DNA of 64,000 nt from Carcharhinus amblyrhynchos (taxonomy: Eukaryota). The notes beneath the pieces were generated by a model. It made no database searches and was not told the DNA's origin. It was given only the letters and a program-made list of their open reading frames with translations. Made by a program: the position numbers and the translations under genes. The stretch covers positions 17,608,001 to 17,672,000 of the forward strand of contig OZ336874.1 in NCBI GenBank assembly GCA_965287045.1. Direction: 5' to 3'. Shown here piece by piece: positions 36,635 through 49,184 of the stretch (its first letter is position 1; each line of letters begins with the position of its first letter).

Positions 36635-37260
36635 AGAAAGGCTTGCATTTATATCATCCTTTTCCTGATCTGTGTCCCAAAGGGTTTTACAGTCAATGAA
36701 ATGCTTACCAAACATAGTCAACTTATGCACAGCAATCTCCTACAAACAGTCATATGATAATGACTAGAATAAGAAGTCTCACAACATCAGGTTAAAGCTG
36801 AACAGGTTTATTTGGAATCAAATAATTGATTCCAAATAATTATTATTTGGAATATAATAATATTCTGCACCTTCATCAGGCGAGTGGAGGTAGCTTCACA
36901 AACACGGCATATATGGGCAAAGACATAACTGCAGGATAATTACAGATTAGATGTGGAATCAACCTCATGGATAATGACTAGATTATTTGCTTATTTCGTG
37001 ACACAGGAGAGGAAAAAGTATTGGTCAGGACACTGGGAATAGCAGATTTGAAGTATACCATGGGAACTTTTTTGCCCATTTGAGAGAGCAGACTTGGGTC
37101 TCATTTTAACGTTTGATTCAAAAGACAGCATTACCAACAGTCATGCATTGGAGTGAATTTTATAGCTACACTTGAGCGTCAGCCTTGATTCTTATGTTTG
37201 TGTCTCTGGTTTGATACTTGAACCCATAACTTTATGACACTAGAGTAGGAGTCCACAACT
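36635..37260 (-). mobile_element. Deu-type (SacSINE1-like) SINE, split by an insertion
   Basis: Tail gcttgcatttatat; Deu-like ttatgcacagcaatctcctacaaacag; head cttgaacccataac; reverse of 51875-52165. Confidence 0.65.
36769..36969 (-). mobile_element. Penelope-like fragment (family A) with 13-bp TSD
   Basis: ataagaagtctcacaacatcaggttaaag...ccttcatcagg; gataatgactaga at 36756-36768 and 36970-36982. Confidence 0.8.
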
Positions 37261-37554
37261 CACTCAAGAATTAGATGAAGTGGTATGAGAGAAGGCTTGT
37301 TGTGAAACATGAATACCAGCACTGACCAGAGAAATGGCTTATTTCTGTGCTAAAGAAATAATTCAGCCACATTCCTGTTGCTGTTTCAAGATAAATATTC
37401 AATGCTTTTCATTTTCTGCTGAAGATTTCAACTCATGCTGGGATACAGATCTACTCTCTGGTACCCTTCCCAAGTAAGCTGCTGTTCATCTGTGAACCTT
37501 TCGAGAGGGGCTACTTTTCCACTGAGAGGATATAAAGCACATAAAATCCTAGGC

Positions 37555-38086
37555 TTAGTGTCTCTAGGTTTGGGTATCACACATTAGGAAAGACGTGCAT
37601 GAAGGTATTAGAGAGAATGCAGAAAAGATTCATAAGAATGATTCCAGGAATGAAGAACTTCAGTTACATACAAATATTGGAGAAGTTGGGACTGTTTTCC
37701 TTAGAGAAAATGTTGAGAGGAGATTTTACGGAGGTATTCAAAATCATGAGACATCTGGACAGAGAAGATAAGGAAAACCATCCCCACTGGTGAAAGAATC
37801 AAGAGCAAAAGGACACGGATTTAAGGTAATTGGGAAAAGAGACAAAGACGACATGAAGATAACCACTCATTCTGAGAAAAGTTTAAAATCTGCAGAGTGT
37901 GTGTTGGAGCCAGGTTCAATCAAGGCATTTAAGAAAGAATTGCATTATTATCTGAAAAAGAAAATGTGCAAGATTACAGCAATAAGATGGGTAATAGCAC
38001 TAGGTGCATTGCTCATTCAGAGAGCCAACACAGACAAGATGGACCAAATAGCCTCCTTCTGCACTAAAATTTCTCTGATTCTGTGA
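37555..38086 (+). mobile_element. CR1/HER1 3' fragment
   Basis: ORF remnant LERMQKRFIRMIPGMKNFSY...LGLFSLEK.LRGDF.EVFKIM; tail ccaaatagcctccttctgcac. Confidence 0.88.
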
Positions 38087-41034
38087 ATTCAGACACTCAC
38101 AGTGGGTGACAGGAAACTTTCAGTATCCATCCAAATGTCTTAGGAGCTATCAGAGAGCGATGCCTCCCCCCAGTTGGGAGCAGAGAGAGATAGAATATTT
38201 ACCCTTTGTGTGCCAACTATTGGACCAAAGTGATTGAAATTCCATCAGTAATGTCAGGTCAACAGCTCCAAAAATGCATTCATGAAGGGGTAAAACCAGA
38301 TATTCCAGCACCAAATAATTGATCAAATGGACAATAGTCATCAGGAAAGCAATTTGAATTTTTTTCCTCTAAATATCAGAGGAATCGTAGGGGTATAACA
38401 TCACTGAGCATTGAATCCAAATCCAAAAGAATGAGCATATTACACACATAATGTTCTATTGTTTCACTAACTACATTTTCTTTTAATCAAGTCTCTTTTT
38501 CCTAATTCACCATAAAACAAATGTGAGCTTTCATTGTATAAATATCAATTCATACCCTCTTTTATACCATGGTGTCTGAATGATGTAAATCCCTGCTTAC
38601 CATGAGGAATCTAAACCAATATGTTACGATATTATGCAAAAAGAAAATACTCAAGCCCAAATCATAAAGGAAGTAGCAATCTTAATGGACGTATTAACAT
38701 TTCTCCATCCTAGTTAGTTGATGACTATCAACACGTACAAAATCCCAGTCCCTTCTTCCAACCACTGGACAGCCAAAAGTAGTACAAAAGACCGAAAAAA
38801 AAAGATCTTCACTCATGACTAAAGCTGAAGTCAGCACTAGCACAGTTACTGAAACTCTCCCCTGCTGTGCTGAGTGACCCAAACAGGTTCACAGGCACAA
38901 AGTAAAATGCCGCCTTCCTTCTTTGATCAGCCAGCAAACAGATACCTAAATCAATGCTCGGAATTGACCTCCCCACACCACACCTAGCCCAAGGTTGAAC
39001 TCAGAATATTCAGAGCTCGATGTCAATGGTCAACACCCAGCATTAAGATCTGCACTCTCCTGTGTATCACACCGAGATGAAGGCTGATCAAACAACTAAA
39101 AGATCTTAATTTCTCCACGTGGCAGATTGTGTTATGCAAGTCGTACGCATTGTACGATACATCTGTGTACTCGTGCAGCACCCGCAATAGATGCGTCATT
39201 TCTGAGATGTAGGAATTCAGTATAGAATAGATGCAGAATTCAGGAGTTACAGCTGCAAAATGGTGCAAGTTATGTTTGAGAGTTTGTTCCTTCAAATATG
39301 ATACAAAAACAGCTTGCAGACAGATTCAGTGCTCATGATATTTAGAAAAATCATCATTACAAATAGATTTAAAAGACAAATGCCATGCAGTTCTGAAGGG
39401 AGATAATTGACTGCGCAATTCATATATGAAAATGTCAGTATTGGGAGTGAGTAGATCCACTGTTCAAACAAAATTTTGATTCATACACTACCAGCATGAC
39501 TAAAAATATTGCAGCAAAAGAGCAGGGAAGGTCTGGAAATGTGTATTTTTCGATACATCAATGTAACACATTATCTATAATCAGCTGGAAGCATTAGAAA
39601 AATTCACTCAATATCAAAGCTGAGACTGCAATAAATGAGAAATCAAAATGGGGAACAGATATCCATAGGGAGCATCAAGCCCTACGGAAATAAAATCCAA
39701 ACCACAATGCTGGAAAGATAATCTTCTGTTACTTAAATCACATTTCTTTCACCAGTCTGAGAAGGTGATAACCAGGTCTGTAATTGTGACTGGAGACACA
39801 AAGGCTAGACCACTGCAGAGAGCTGCAGCTGCCGATGGCTTTGTGATCAGCCGATAAGCTAGGAAAACCACTAAGACAGATTTATTTGCCTGCTGGAGCT
39901 ATCCCTATTTTGTCGTCCTGATAAAAAAAAAGGTCAAATGCATATCTGGCATAAATGATGAGGCCAGGTTCCAGCAGGATGTTATTTTGCTGGTGACAGC
40001 TGTGCAACACATACAGAAGAGACAGAACCACATAATCAAAAGTAATCTGAAAACGATTAGGTCTGAATTAATTAATGTCATATCAGCTGCCTTTACTTGT
40101 ACACTATATACAGATGATAACTGGGAAAGGCTACAATTCTGCATCAGATTTCACGGTGACATGTTTGCACTGCACGTGGTTGGCACGCTTCAAGAGGATT
40201 GTTACTCACGCCCGCATCAGTTCTGACCTTTCTATTTACTTTGGTTTAATCTGAACAACTATCTTGTCCAGAATCCAGCTGCCAATGTTCTAAACCTGAT
40301 AAAGGCATAGCCCTTTGCCAAGAAGTGCTCTGCGCGTAAATGGATTTCTATATTCAGGATTTTAATACAACTTTGCATAGCTCAAACCCTGAACAAATTC
40401 ACACATTTACTGAGCCATATGAAAATGTGGGAAAATATTTAACAAAAGTATTAATTTTGCACAAGAGGTAATTAGACATTAAAAACATGCTGCCTTCACA
40501 GACTGCAACATAGGAGTGAGTTGAGTGTATTTAAAGTGCTAGGCTTTAAATCAAGATACTTGGGGAAAATCTTTGGCCTGGATCAGGATTTTACAGGCAC
40601 TTTATAACAGAATAGCAGTGAATTGGCTTGGTATTTCCGAACATTTTTATATCTGTGAGAATTTCAATAGGATTGCATAACTTGTTTTTAAATAAAATTC
40701 AGATGCAGCTCTGTGGCTAATCCAATTGCAAGCGCAGTAAGAAAAGTTGGTGCCTTAAACCATATACTACAATGATCGGTAGCTGCTGCTGAACAGGTTA
40801 GGTATGCATTATCTTAAAGCACTGAACTCAGCACTTGCGACGGATCACACAGCACTACCTGATTCATGCCAGGATTACAGGAGAGAGCAAACGTTCTGCA
40901 ATGTACCTTCCAGATAAAAGTTTTTGCATAGAAAACTAAGAATATGCATCATACATGGCAGTCAATGAAAAGAGAGGAAATCTTAAACTCCACAGTACTT
41001 GGCCTCACACACTGACTGTATTTTTTTTAAATGG

Positions 41035-43756
41035 TAGGCTGCAGCATCTTTTTAAAAGAAGATGGTATTGGTGCAATAGTTAGGGATGACCTTGGATCAG
41101 GAGATCCGGATGTGGAATTGGTTTGGGTGGAGATAAGGAATAGTACAGGATAGAAGTTGCTAGTGGGAGTGGTCTACAGGCCCTTTTACAGTAACTACAA
41201 TTCAGGACAAAGTAATATTGGGTATTTGTGACAAAGGAATGGCAATAATCATTTTAATCTACATAAACAAGAAAAATCAGATCAGCAATGATTGCCTGGG
41301 TGAAGAGTCCATAGAGTACCTTTGAGATAGTTTCTTAGAGCAACACATTCTGGAAGCAGACAGCAGGTTATATTGGACTTGGTATTATGTCATGTAACAG
41401 AATTAATTAATGATCGCCGAATAAAGACATCATTTGGTAGCAGTGGCTACAAATGATTGAATTTTACTTGCAGTTTGACAAGGAGAAGAGTGGGTCTAAG
41501 ACTAGTTGTTTAAACTTAATAAAGAGCAATCCCATGTATGCATGGAAGCTGAGCTAGCTGAAATGAACTGGGATACCAGGCTAAGGAATAGATTAAAGGA
41601 GACATTTGTGGTGATATTTTAAAGTTTTGATATTTAAAAATCTAAAGGGAGGCCCCACCATCCATGGTTAACTAAAGAAGCTCAGGAAAGCATTAAACTT
41701 AAGGGAATGGCATATAACTGCACAATGATGAGTGGCAGATCAGATGACTGGTCAGAATATAATGAAAGGCAGAAAAAGATTAATCAGGGAAAGGAATTAA
41801 TATATCAGAGGAAACTATCTAGAAATGTAAAAACAGATAGCAAGAATTGCAACAGGTATTTAAGCATGACAGTAGTTAAAATGAGTCCCAGTCCTCTAGA
41901 GAGTGAGAATGGGGAGTTGATCATAGATAATAAGGAAATGGCAGATGAAATGAACAAATATTTTGCTTCTGCTTTCACTATAGAGGAGACAGAAAATAAT
42001 TCAGTTATAACAGTAAATCAGGGGATGGAGCGGGGAGGGGAACTTGATTAACTACAATCACTGGGGGAGCAGGACTGACTTGTGGAGCTGTACGCTAACA
42101 AGTTTCTGGGTCCTGATGGGACTTCATCCTAAGGTCTTAAAAACGGTGACTAATGAGATAGTGGATGAGTTGGTGTTCCTTTCCGTAAATGTTCCATCAG
42201 ACATGAGAAATTAGCAAACATAACCCCTCTGTTCAAGGAGGGTGGGAGGCAGAAAACAGGAAACGATAGGCCAGTTAGCTTGCCATCTGTCATAGGGAAG
42301 GAGCTAGAATCAATCATTAAAGAGGTTGTAGCAAGGCACTTAGACAAGTTCAAGGTAATTGGGAAACTCAAGATAATTGGGGAAAGTCAGCATGATTCTG
42401 TGAAAGGGAAATCTTGTTGAATCAATGTAATGGAATTTTTTTAAAGGAATGAAATGCACTGTGGATAAAGGAGAGCTTGTAGACTTACTATACTTGGGAG
42501 TTCCAGAAGGCATTCGACAAGATTTTCCGCATAAAGACTTACGGCACTAAATAGGAGCTTGTGGTGTTAACGTTTTAGCATGGATAGACTAGCTGATTGG
42601 CTAGCTGACAGAAAGCAAAAAGAGTATATATAAATGGCTTTTTTTGATTGACAAGTGAACTCCCGCAGGAGTCTGTGCTGGAACGTCAGCTCTTTACAAT
42701 TCATATCAATTATTTAGATGATGGGAGTAAAGGCATAGTAGTTAACTTTACAGCTGACACAAAGCTACATAGGAAAGTGTATTGTGAAGAGAACATGAGG
42801 AGGTTACAGATAAAGATACACTGAATGACTGAGCAAAAAAATTTGCACGTCGAGTACAATGTGGAAAAATGTAAAGCTGTTCACTTTAACAGGAAGAACA
42901 AAAAAAAGCAAAAAAATTACTTAGAGAATAAATACAGAATTTCAAGACGCTGAGGGATTGAAGTGTTCTAAATACATGAGTCATAAAAAATTAGTATGCA
43001 GGTACAGCAAATAATTATGAAGGCTAACAGACTGTTATTCTTCATTACAAGAGGAATTGAACATAAAGAAAGGGTGTTATGAGCCAGTTATATAGAGCAT
43101 TTGCAAGACCTTGGATGGGATTCTCCAATCTCATATGTCCCACCACCACAGCCAGCGAGAACAGAGAATTTGGCACTCAGCCAAGACTCCATTTATTACA
43201 GCATGACCGGAGAATCCCAGCCACAGGCTAAGTCAGAGAATTTCAGTCCATATCTCGAATATTGCGTATAGTTTTGGTCTCCTTATTTAAGGAAGGACGT
43301 AAATGAACTGAAGATGGTTCAGAGGAGGTTTATTAGATTGATACATGGAGTGAGCAGGTTGTCTTATGAGGAAAGGTTGGGCAGTCTGAACTTGTTTTCA
43401 CTGGAGTTTTAAAGAGCATTGACTTGATTGAATTATACAAGATCCTAAACAGTCTTGACAAGGTCGCCGTGGAAAGGGTGTGTTTCCTCTTTCGGGTGAG
43501 CCCAGAGCTAAGGAAATCTGTTCTAAAATTGAGGGTAGCCTTTTAGGACAGAGATGAGGAGAATTATTTTCTCTCAGAGAGTTGTGTGACTTTGCAAGGT
43601 GGAGGAAGAGGGAGGGTCGTTGAATATTTTTATAGCACAGGTAAATAGATTCTTGTTAGGAAAGGGAATCAATGATTATCGAGGTAGATGGGAATGTGGA
43701 ATTTGAAACACAAACAGATCAGCCATGATCTTAATGAATGGTGGAGCAGGTTTGAA
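41035..43756 (+). mobile_element. ~2.7-kb decayed CR1 LINE (endonuclease end, RT, 3' UTR)
   Basis: VWVEIRN...VGVVYRP near 41120-41182; ...KEMADEMNKYFASAFT; gatcagccatgatcttaatgaatgg 3' UTR; many stops and frameshifts. Confidence 0.92.
43111..43249. mobile_element. MITE inserted in CR1
   Basis: ggatgggattctcc...gagaatttcagtcc interrupts the RP|HLEY codons. Confidence 0.65.
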
Positions 43757-44344
43757 CTTCTGACTCAGAAGTGAAAGAGTTACACTTGTCCCCATGCTTC
43801 TATGCAATCTGTATGGACAGACAGACAAACTGACAGGAGATAAGCTGAAGGATAGTCAAATATTTCAATAGATAGTAGGCGGGATCTTGAACCCATTTTG
43901 TATACGGGATCGGCAGCAGGGGCTCAAGATCCTGCAAATTGCGAATCTCGTCAGCTGGATCACAATCTCTGATTTTTCTGCCCCTCACATGTTAATGTTA
44001 CATATAATAATACACCCCCTTCGCCATATATTACCCCTGGGCTTATTTTCAAATGTGGCAAGGCATCGACGAGGTTTACAACAGGTTCACCCAGACATGA
44101 ACGTATCTCGGCCTCGCCCCACAACATAATTCTCATGGTTTTTTTTGACAAGGTGTCAAAAGATCAGGAGAGAAAACCAGCCTGTTTCTCTAGTGGCAAA
44201 CACTCGGGTTTACAGTCAGAACCTGAGACTTTGCCAAATTCTGGTAAAATTATCCCCACTGAATGTCACGTATCCAGTGCACATTAATGACCTGATGAGT
44301 GTCATCATAATTCACAATCTGTTAAACAGAAATAAGTAATCAGA

Positions 44345-44806
44345 AATTTCCTCCAATTAAATACTGGTCCCTGTTCCAAACTCGGTTCCCTAGCTACTGA
44401 TTCCATTGCTCTCCCTAGCAAAAGTCTGAGACAAAACCAATTCTGGGTTCACATTTGACCCCAAAACCAGCTTCCAGCCGCATATCCATGCCATCACAAA
44501 GACAGCCAACCTCCATCTCTGTAACAACACCCATTTTCATCTCATCTGCTGCTGAAACCCTCATTAATGATTTAATTTATTACCTCGACACTCAACTATT
44601 CCAATACTCTCCTGGCTAGTTTTCCACATTCAACTTTCCATGAACCCTCCAGGTCATGCAAAACTCTGTGTTCTTGTCTTAACACCAAGAGTTACCCACC
44701 CTATACTTGCTGACCTACATTGCCTCCCTATCAAGCAACTTCTTGATTTAAAAATTCTCATTCTTGTTTTTAAATCCATCAATGGCTCATTCCTTCCCAT
44801 CACTGT
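44345..44806 (+). mobile_element. L2-type LINE fragment
   Basis: ILADLHCLPIKQLLDLKILILVFKSING resembles the L2 ORF2 C-terminus (LHWLP..RI.FK). Confidence 0.75.
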
Positions 44807-45117
44807 AATCATAGCATCCTTATGGTGCAGAAGGAGGCCATTTGGCCCAGAGTTGATGCAGACTCATCGAAATACCACCACCCTATCCCACTAACTCTGC
44901 ACATCTACCTATCCTTTGCTTTTGGGGACTAAGGGGCAACTTAGCATGGCCAATCCACCTAACCTGGAGTTCAGCAGGAAACCAGAGCACCTGGAGAAAA
45001 TCCACACAGACACAGGGAGAATATACAAACTCCACAGAGTCATCCAAGGCCAGAACTGAACCTGGGTCCCTAGCTCTTTGAGGCAGCAGAGCTAACTACT
45101 GTGCCAATGTGTTGCCC
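44807..45117 (-). mobile_element. HE1-type SINE inserted in L2
   Basis: gcagaaggaggccatttggccc...ttagcatggccaatccacc...gaacctgggtccct. Confidence 0.88.
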
Positions 45118-45254
45118 TGTGCTAACCACTGTCCCTCCATGGTATGAAATGCTTTGGACATTCCTGAGATATAACGATGCATGATTTTGTTTTAATCTTT
45201 GGTCGGGTTGTACCAAAAGTCAACATTTAAATAAGAATGTTGATATGGAAATGC

Positions 45255-45590
45255 TGCTCAGTATCACAGTGGACAATTACACCGCTCGGTTTGCTGCTGA
45301 ACCACACAGACTAGGAGGTTCCCAGATTCAATCTCAGATCTGTGTTGATTATATCCAGGAATGTTAATAAGGGCTAAACAACTAGCCTAATGGATCTGGG
45401 ATGAGAAAATGGAAAATTCAAGCAGGGTTCATCACTCCTTGGCTACAATCTGGTCACCCCTGTAGAGTGTATACATGTGGGCTCAGTGGAGGGTTTGGTG
45501 CCTTTCATGAATGAAAGACCTGGCAGCAATTACGGTCCAGAATTATTATTGAAGAAAGCCAAATTTGGTGAGGTTATTAGGGTAGCTGAA
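45255..45590 (+). mobile_element. Ancient SINE-like repeat, same family as 10130
   Basis: B-box-like agattcaatctc; gaaaattcaagcagggttc...tacaatctggtcacccctg. Confidence 0.45.
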
Positions 45591-46607
45591 ATTACTTTGG
45601 AGTGGTAACAAAGGGAAACCCAGGGACATCACATGTGGAGTGACTCAATTGTCTTGGCTGAGGTAATGGAAGTCTATCAATGTTGTGCAACCTCACACCA
45701 AAGCCTTCAGGGAAGAAGAGATAATTGGAAACAGAATCAGTTTTAAAACATGTTTTTTAAAATTTGCAAGCAGGTGCCATCAGATGAAGTTGTAATTTAT
45801 TAATTATTTTGCTGAACATCTTACTGGAAAACAAAATCAGCAATGAAGTTGTGGGCTTTGATTTGCTTAGGTCAAGGATCGATTGCATTCCTGAAGAATG
45901 TTTTACAGCCCAGATATTTATAGCTGCTCCTCCAACAGTGGACAATCGTCCAAGTTTTAATGCGCTTAGGATGTGTACATAACCCTGCAAGAATTAGTTT
46001 ATCCCTAGAGCCCATACAACCGCCCATCAAGATTTTTAACCAGCTTTGCAAAATACCAAGGGAGTCAAAGGTGGAAACTGAAATTTATATGGAAACAGGT
46101 AAAGCTGCCAAAATCCTCTAATCTGTTGAATGTGTCTGAACCTATCTGGTGTGCCCCAGTGTTGCCATTTCTCATTTTCACTTGATATTACAAAAGGCCT
46201 TTGCACAGTGATCGGAAAGTCACAAACAAAAGTTCATATTAGAATTAACTGGATATGAGTTAGAAGCAGGAATAGGCCATTCAGCCCCTCAAGCTTGTTT
46301 TGCCATTTTAAGATCATGGCTGATCTAATTGTGGCCTCAATTCCACTTTCCTGTCTACCATCAGTAAACATTGACTCCCATGTTAAACAAGAACTTATCG
46401 AATTTAACCTCAAGATAATTAAATGCCCGCCTCCACATCTCTCAAGGGAAGAGAATTCCACAGACTACAACCCTTTGAGAGTAAAAATTTCTCCTCATCT
46501 CTGTCTTATCTGAAGGCCCCCAAGTTCTCTCCCACAGGGGGAAACATCCTCTCAATATTTACCCCACCAAATCTCTTGCATGCGTTTTAATCAGTTCACC
46601 TCTCATT

Positions 46608-47921
46608 AGAGCCACAGGGCAGAATTTTGCAGCTGCGCGCATCCGAAAACCATAAAATCCCACTTGAGGTCAATGGACCTTTCCATTGCCCATCTCTCAC
46701 TCATTCCAATTCTCATAGCAGGCAAGGTCATGAGATTCCTGCCAGAGAGTTTTACAGCACAGTAAGAGACCCTTTGGTCCATCGTGTCTGTGCTGGCTAA
46801 CAAGCACACACTGATTCTAATTCCACTTTCCAACATTTGGTCTGTAGCTGTGTATGCTATGGTGTTTCAAGTGCTCATCGAAATACTTTGTAAATATTGT
46901 GAGGGTCCCTGACTCTACCACCCTCTGGGGCAATGATTTCTAGATTGCCACCACCCTCTCGGTTAAGAAGTTTTTCCTCAAATTTCCTCTCAACCTTCTG
47001 CCCATTACTTTAAACCTACGCCCCCAGTTATTGACCCCTCAAATAAAGGGGAAAAGTTTCTTCCTATCTATCCCATCCGACCTATGTCCTTCATAATTTT
47101 GAACACTTCAATCAGCTCTCCCCTCAGTCTTTTCTGCTCCAAGAAAAACAACCCCAGCCAAACCAGCCTCTCTTCATAGCTGAAACATTCCATTTGGGCA
47201 TCATCCTGGTGAATCTCTACGCACGCTTTTGAGTGCAATCAAATCTTTCTTAGTGTGGCAACCAGATTCCACACAGTACTCCAGCTGTGATATAATGAGC
47301 ATTTTATATAGCTCCATCATAACCTCGTTGCTCTTATAATCTAGGCCTTCGCTAATAAAGATAAGTATCTCATATGCCATCTTAACCACCTTATCTATCT
47401 GCCCTGCTGCAGAGATCTTTGGATATGCTCCCCAAGGTTCCATTAGTCCTCTGCATTTCTGAGCATTCTGTTGTTCATTGTATATTCTCTTGCCTTGTTT
47501 ATCCTCCCAAAATGCATCACCTCACATTTTTCAGAGTTAAATTCCAGTTGCCACTGCTCTGTCCATCTGATCAGCCCGTCTATATTGTCCTGTAATCTAA
47601 TGCTTTTCTCCATACTATTTACCATACCATCAATTTCTATGTAATCTGTGAATATACTGATCACTAATGTCAATTACAAACAGCAAAGGACTCAGTGCCG
47701 ATCCCTGCGGTACACCACAGGACACAGGCTTCCAGTCACAGAAGCAACCTTTGGCCAACACTCTCTACCTCGTGCCACTAAGCCAATTTTGGATCCAATT
47801 TTCCAAACTGCCCTGGACCCCAGGGGCTCTTACCTTCTTCAACAGTCTCCCAGCGGGACCCTGTCAAAAGCTTAACTGAAATCCAAGCAGACTACATCAA
47901 TTGCATTGCCCTAACCTACAC
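46608..47921 (-). mobile_element. CR1/HER1 LINE 3' 1.3 kb, nested
   Basis: Minus ORFs ...LQDNIDGLIRW..WQLEFNSEKCEVMHFG and ...LEYCV; tail ttttacagcacag. Confidence 0.9.
46618..46743. mobile_element. ~125-bp MITE inserted in the LINE tail
   Basis: gggcagaatttt...gagattcctgcc. Confidence 0.65.
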
Positions 47922-48561
47922 AGAATTGGTTGTTACACAGAGGGACATGCATGCCCTGGAACATGAATCCCAAAAGGTTAATATACATATACGGCAACCT
48001 AACCTACACCTTGTTCTTCTAAACTCCAATAGATACAGGCCGACATGTCCAGTCTTTTCTCACAAGACAACCCCTTCATCCCATGAGTCAGTAATGTCAA
48101 CCTTCTCTGAACTAATTTCATCCTTTCTTAAATAAGGAGACAAAAGCTGTACACAGTACTCCACATTTGTTCTCAGGACTTGTATTTTTTCCTGAAGGAA
48201 GAAGGTGAAAGAGAGTATGTTCGGAGTCCGTGGAGTCTTTTATTGTGTTGGCTGCTTTTCTGAAGCAGTACTCACCAAGACTCTCTACAGCTATAGCAAA
48301 GTATTCCTATTTTTATATACCCCTTGCAATTAATAAAAACATACTATTTGCTTTCCTAATCATTTGCCATAGTGTGTTACATATATATATATATGTTAAC
48401 CTTTTGGGATTCATGTACCAAGATATGCATGTCCCTCTGTGTAACAACCAATTCTGTTATCTTTCTCTCTTACAAAGATGTCGAGTATCCCTTTTTCCGA
48501 AAACTCTCAGAGCCAATTCTGTTTAGGATTTCAAATAATTTCAATTTTCGGCATATAAACC

Positions 48562-49184
48562 CACAAAGTTTCTAGGTGTCCAGATCACCAACAACCTGCC
48601 CTGGTCCCTCCATGCAGACGTGATAGTTAAGAAAGTCCATCAATGCCTCTACTTTCTCAGAAGACTAAGGAAATTCGGCACGTCTGCTATGACTCTCACC
48701 AACTTTTACAGATGCACCATAGAAAGCATTCTTTCTGGTTGTATCACAGCTTGGTATGGCTCATGCTCTGTCCAAGACTGCAAGAAACTACAAAGGGTTG
48801 AGAATGAAACCCAGTCCATCACGCAAACCAGCCTCCCATCCATAAATTCTATTTATACCTTCCGCTGCTTCAGAAAAGCAGCCAACATAATCAAAGACCC
48901 CACGCACTCCGAACATACTCTCTTCCACCTTCCTTCAGGAAAAAGTACAAGTCTGAGAACAAATATTAACCAACAGCAGCTTTTTCCCTCCTGCCATCAG
49001 ACTTTTGGATGGACCTACTTCATATTAAGTTAATCTTTCTCTACACCCTAGCTATGACGGTAACACCGTCTGCACTCTCTCCTTTCCTTCTCAATGAAGG
49101 ATATGCTTTGTCTGTTTGGCACACAAAAAACAATATTTCACTGTATACAAATATATATGACAATAATAAATCAAAATCAAAAAT
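48562..49184 (+). mobile_element. Rex1/Babar LINE, 5'-truncated
   Basis: KKVHQCLYFLRRLRKFG...NFYRCTIESILSGCITAWYG (ORF 48620-49033); tail gacaataataaatcaaaatcaaaa. Confidence 0.9.

Larger units (their letters stand above)
46245..48445 (-). mobile_element. CR1 3' fragment split by nested insertions (46245-46607 and ~48015-48445)
   Basis: gcaggaataggccattcagccc...gatcatggctgatct 3' UTR; halves rejoin as cctctcatt|cttctaaactcc. Confidence 0.8.

Noticed and set aside
40205-40300. Minus-strand AG...GTGAGT candidate exon
   Set aside because: Stops in all three frames; motif expected by chance
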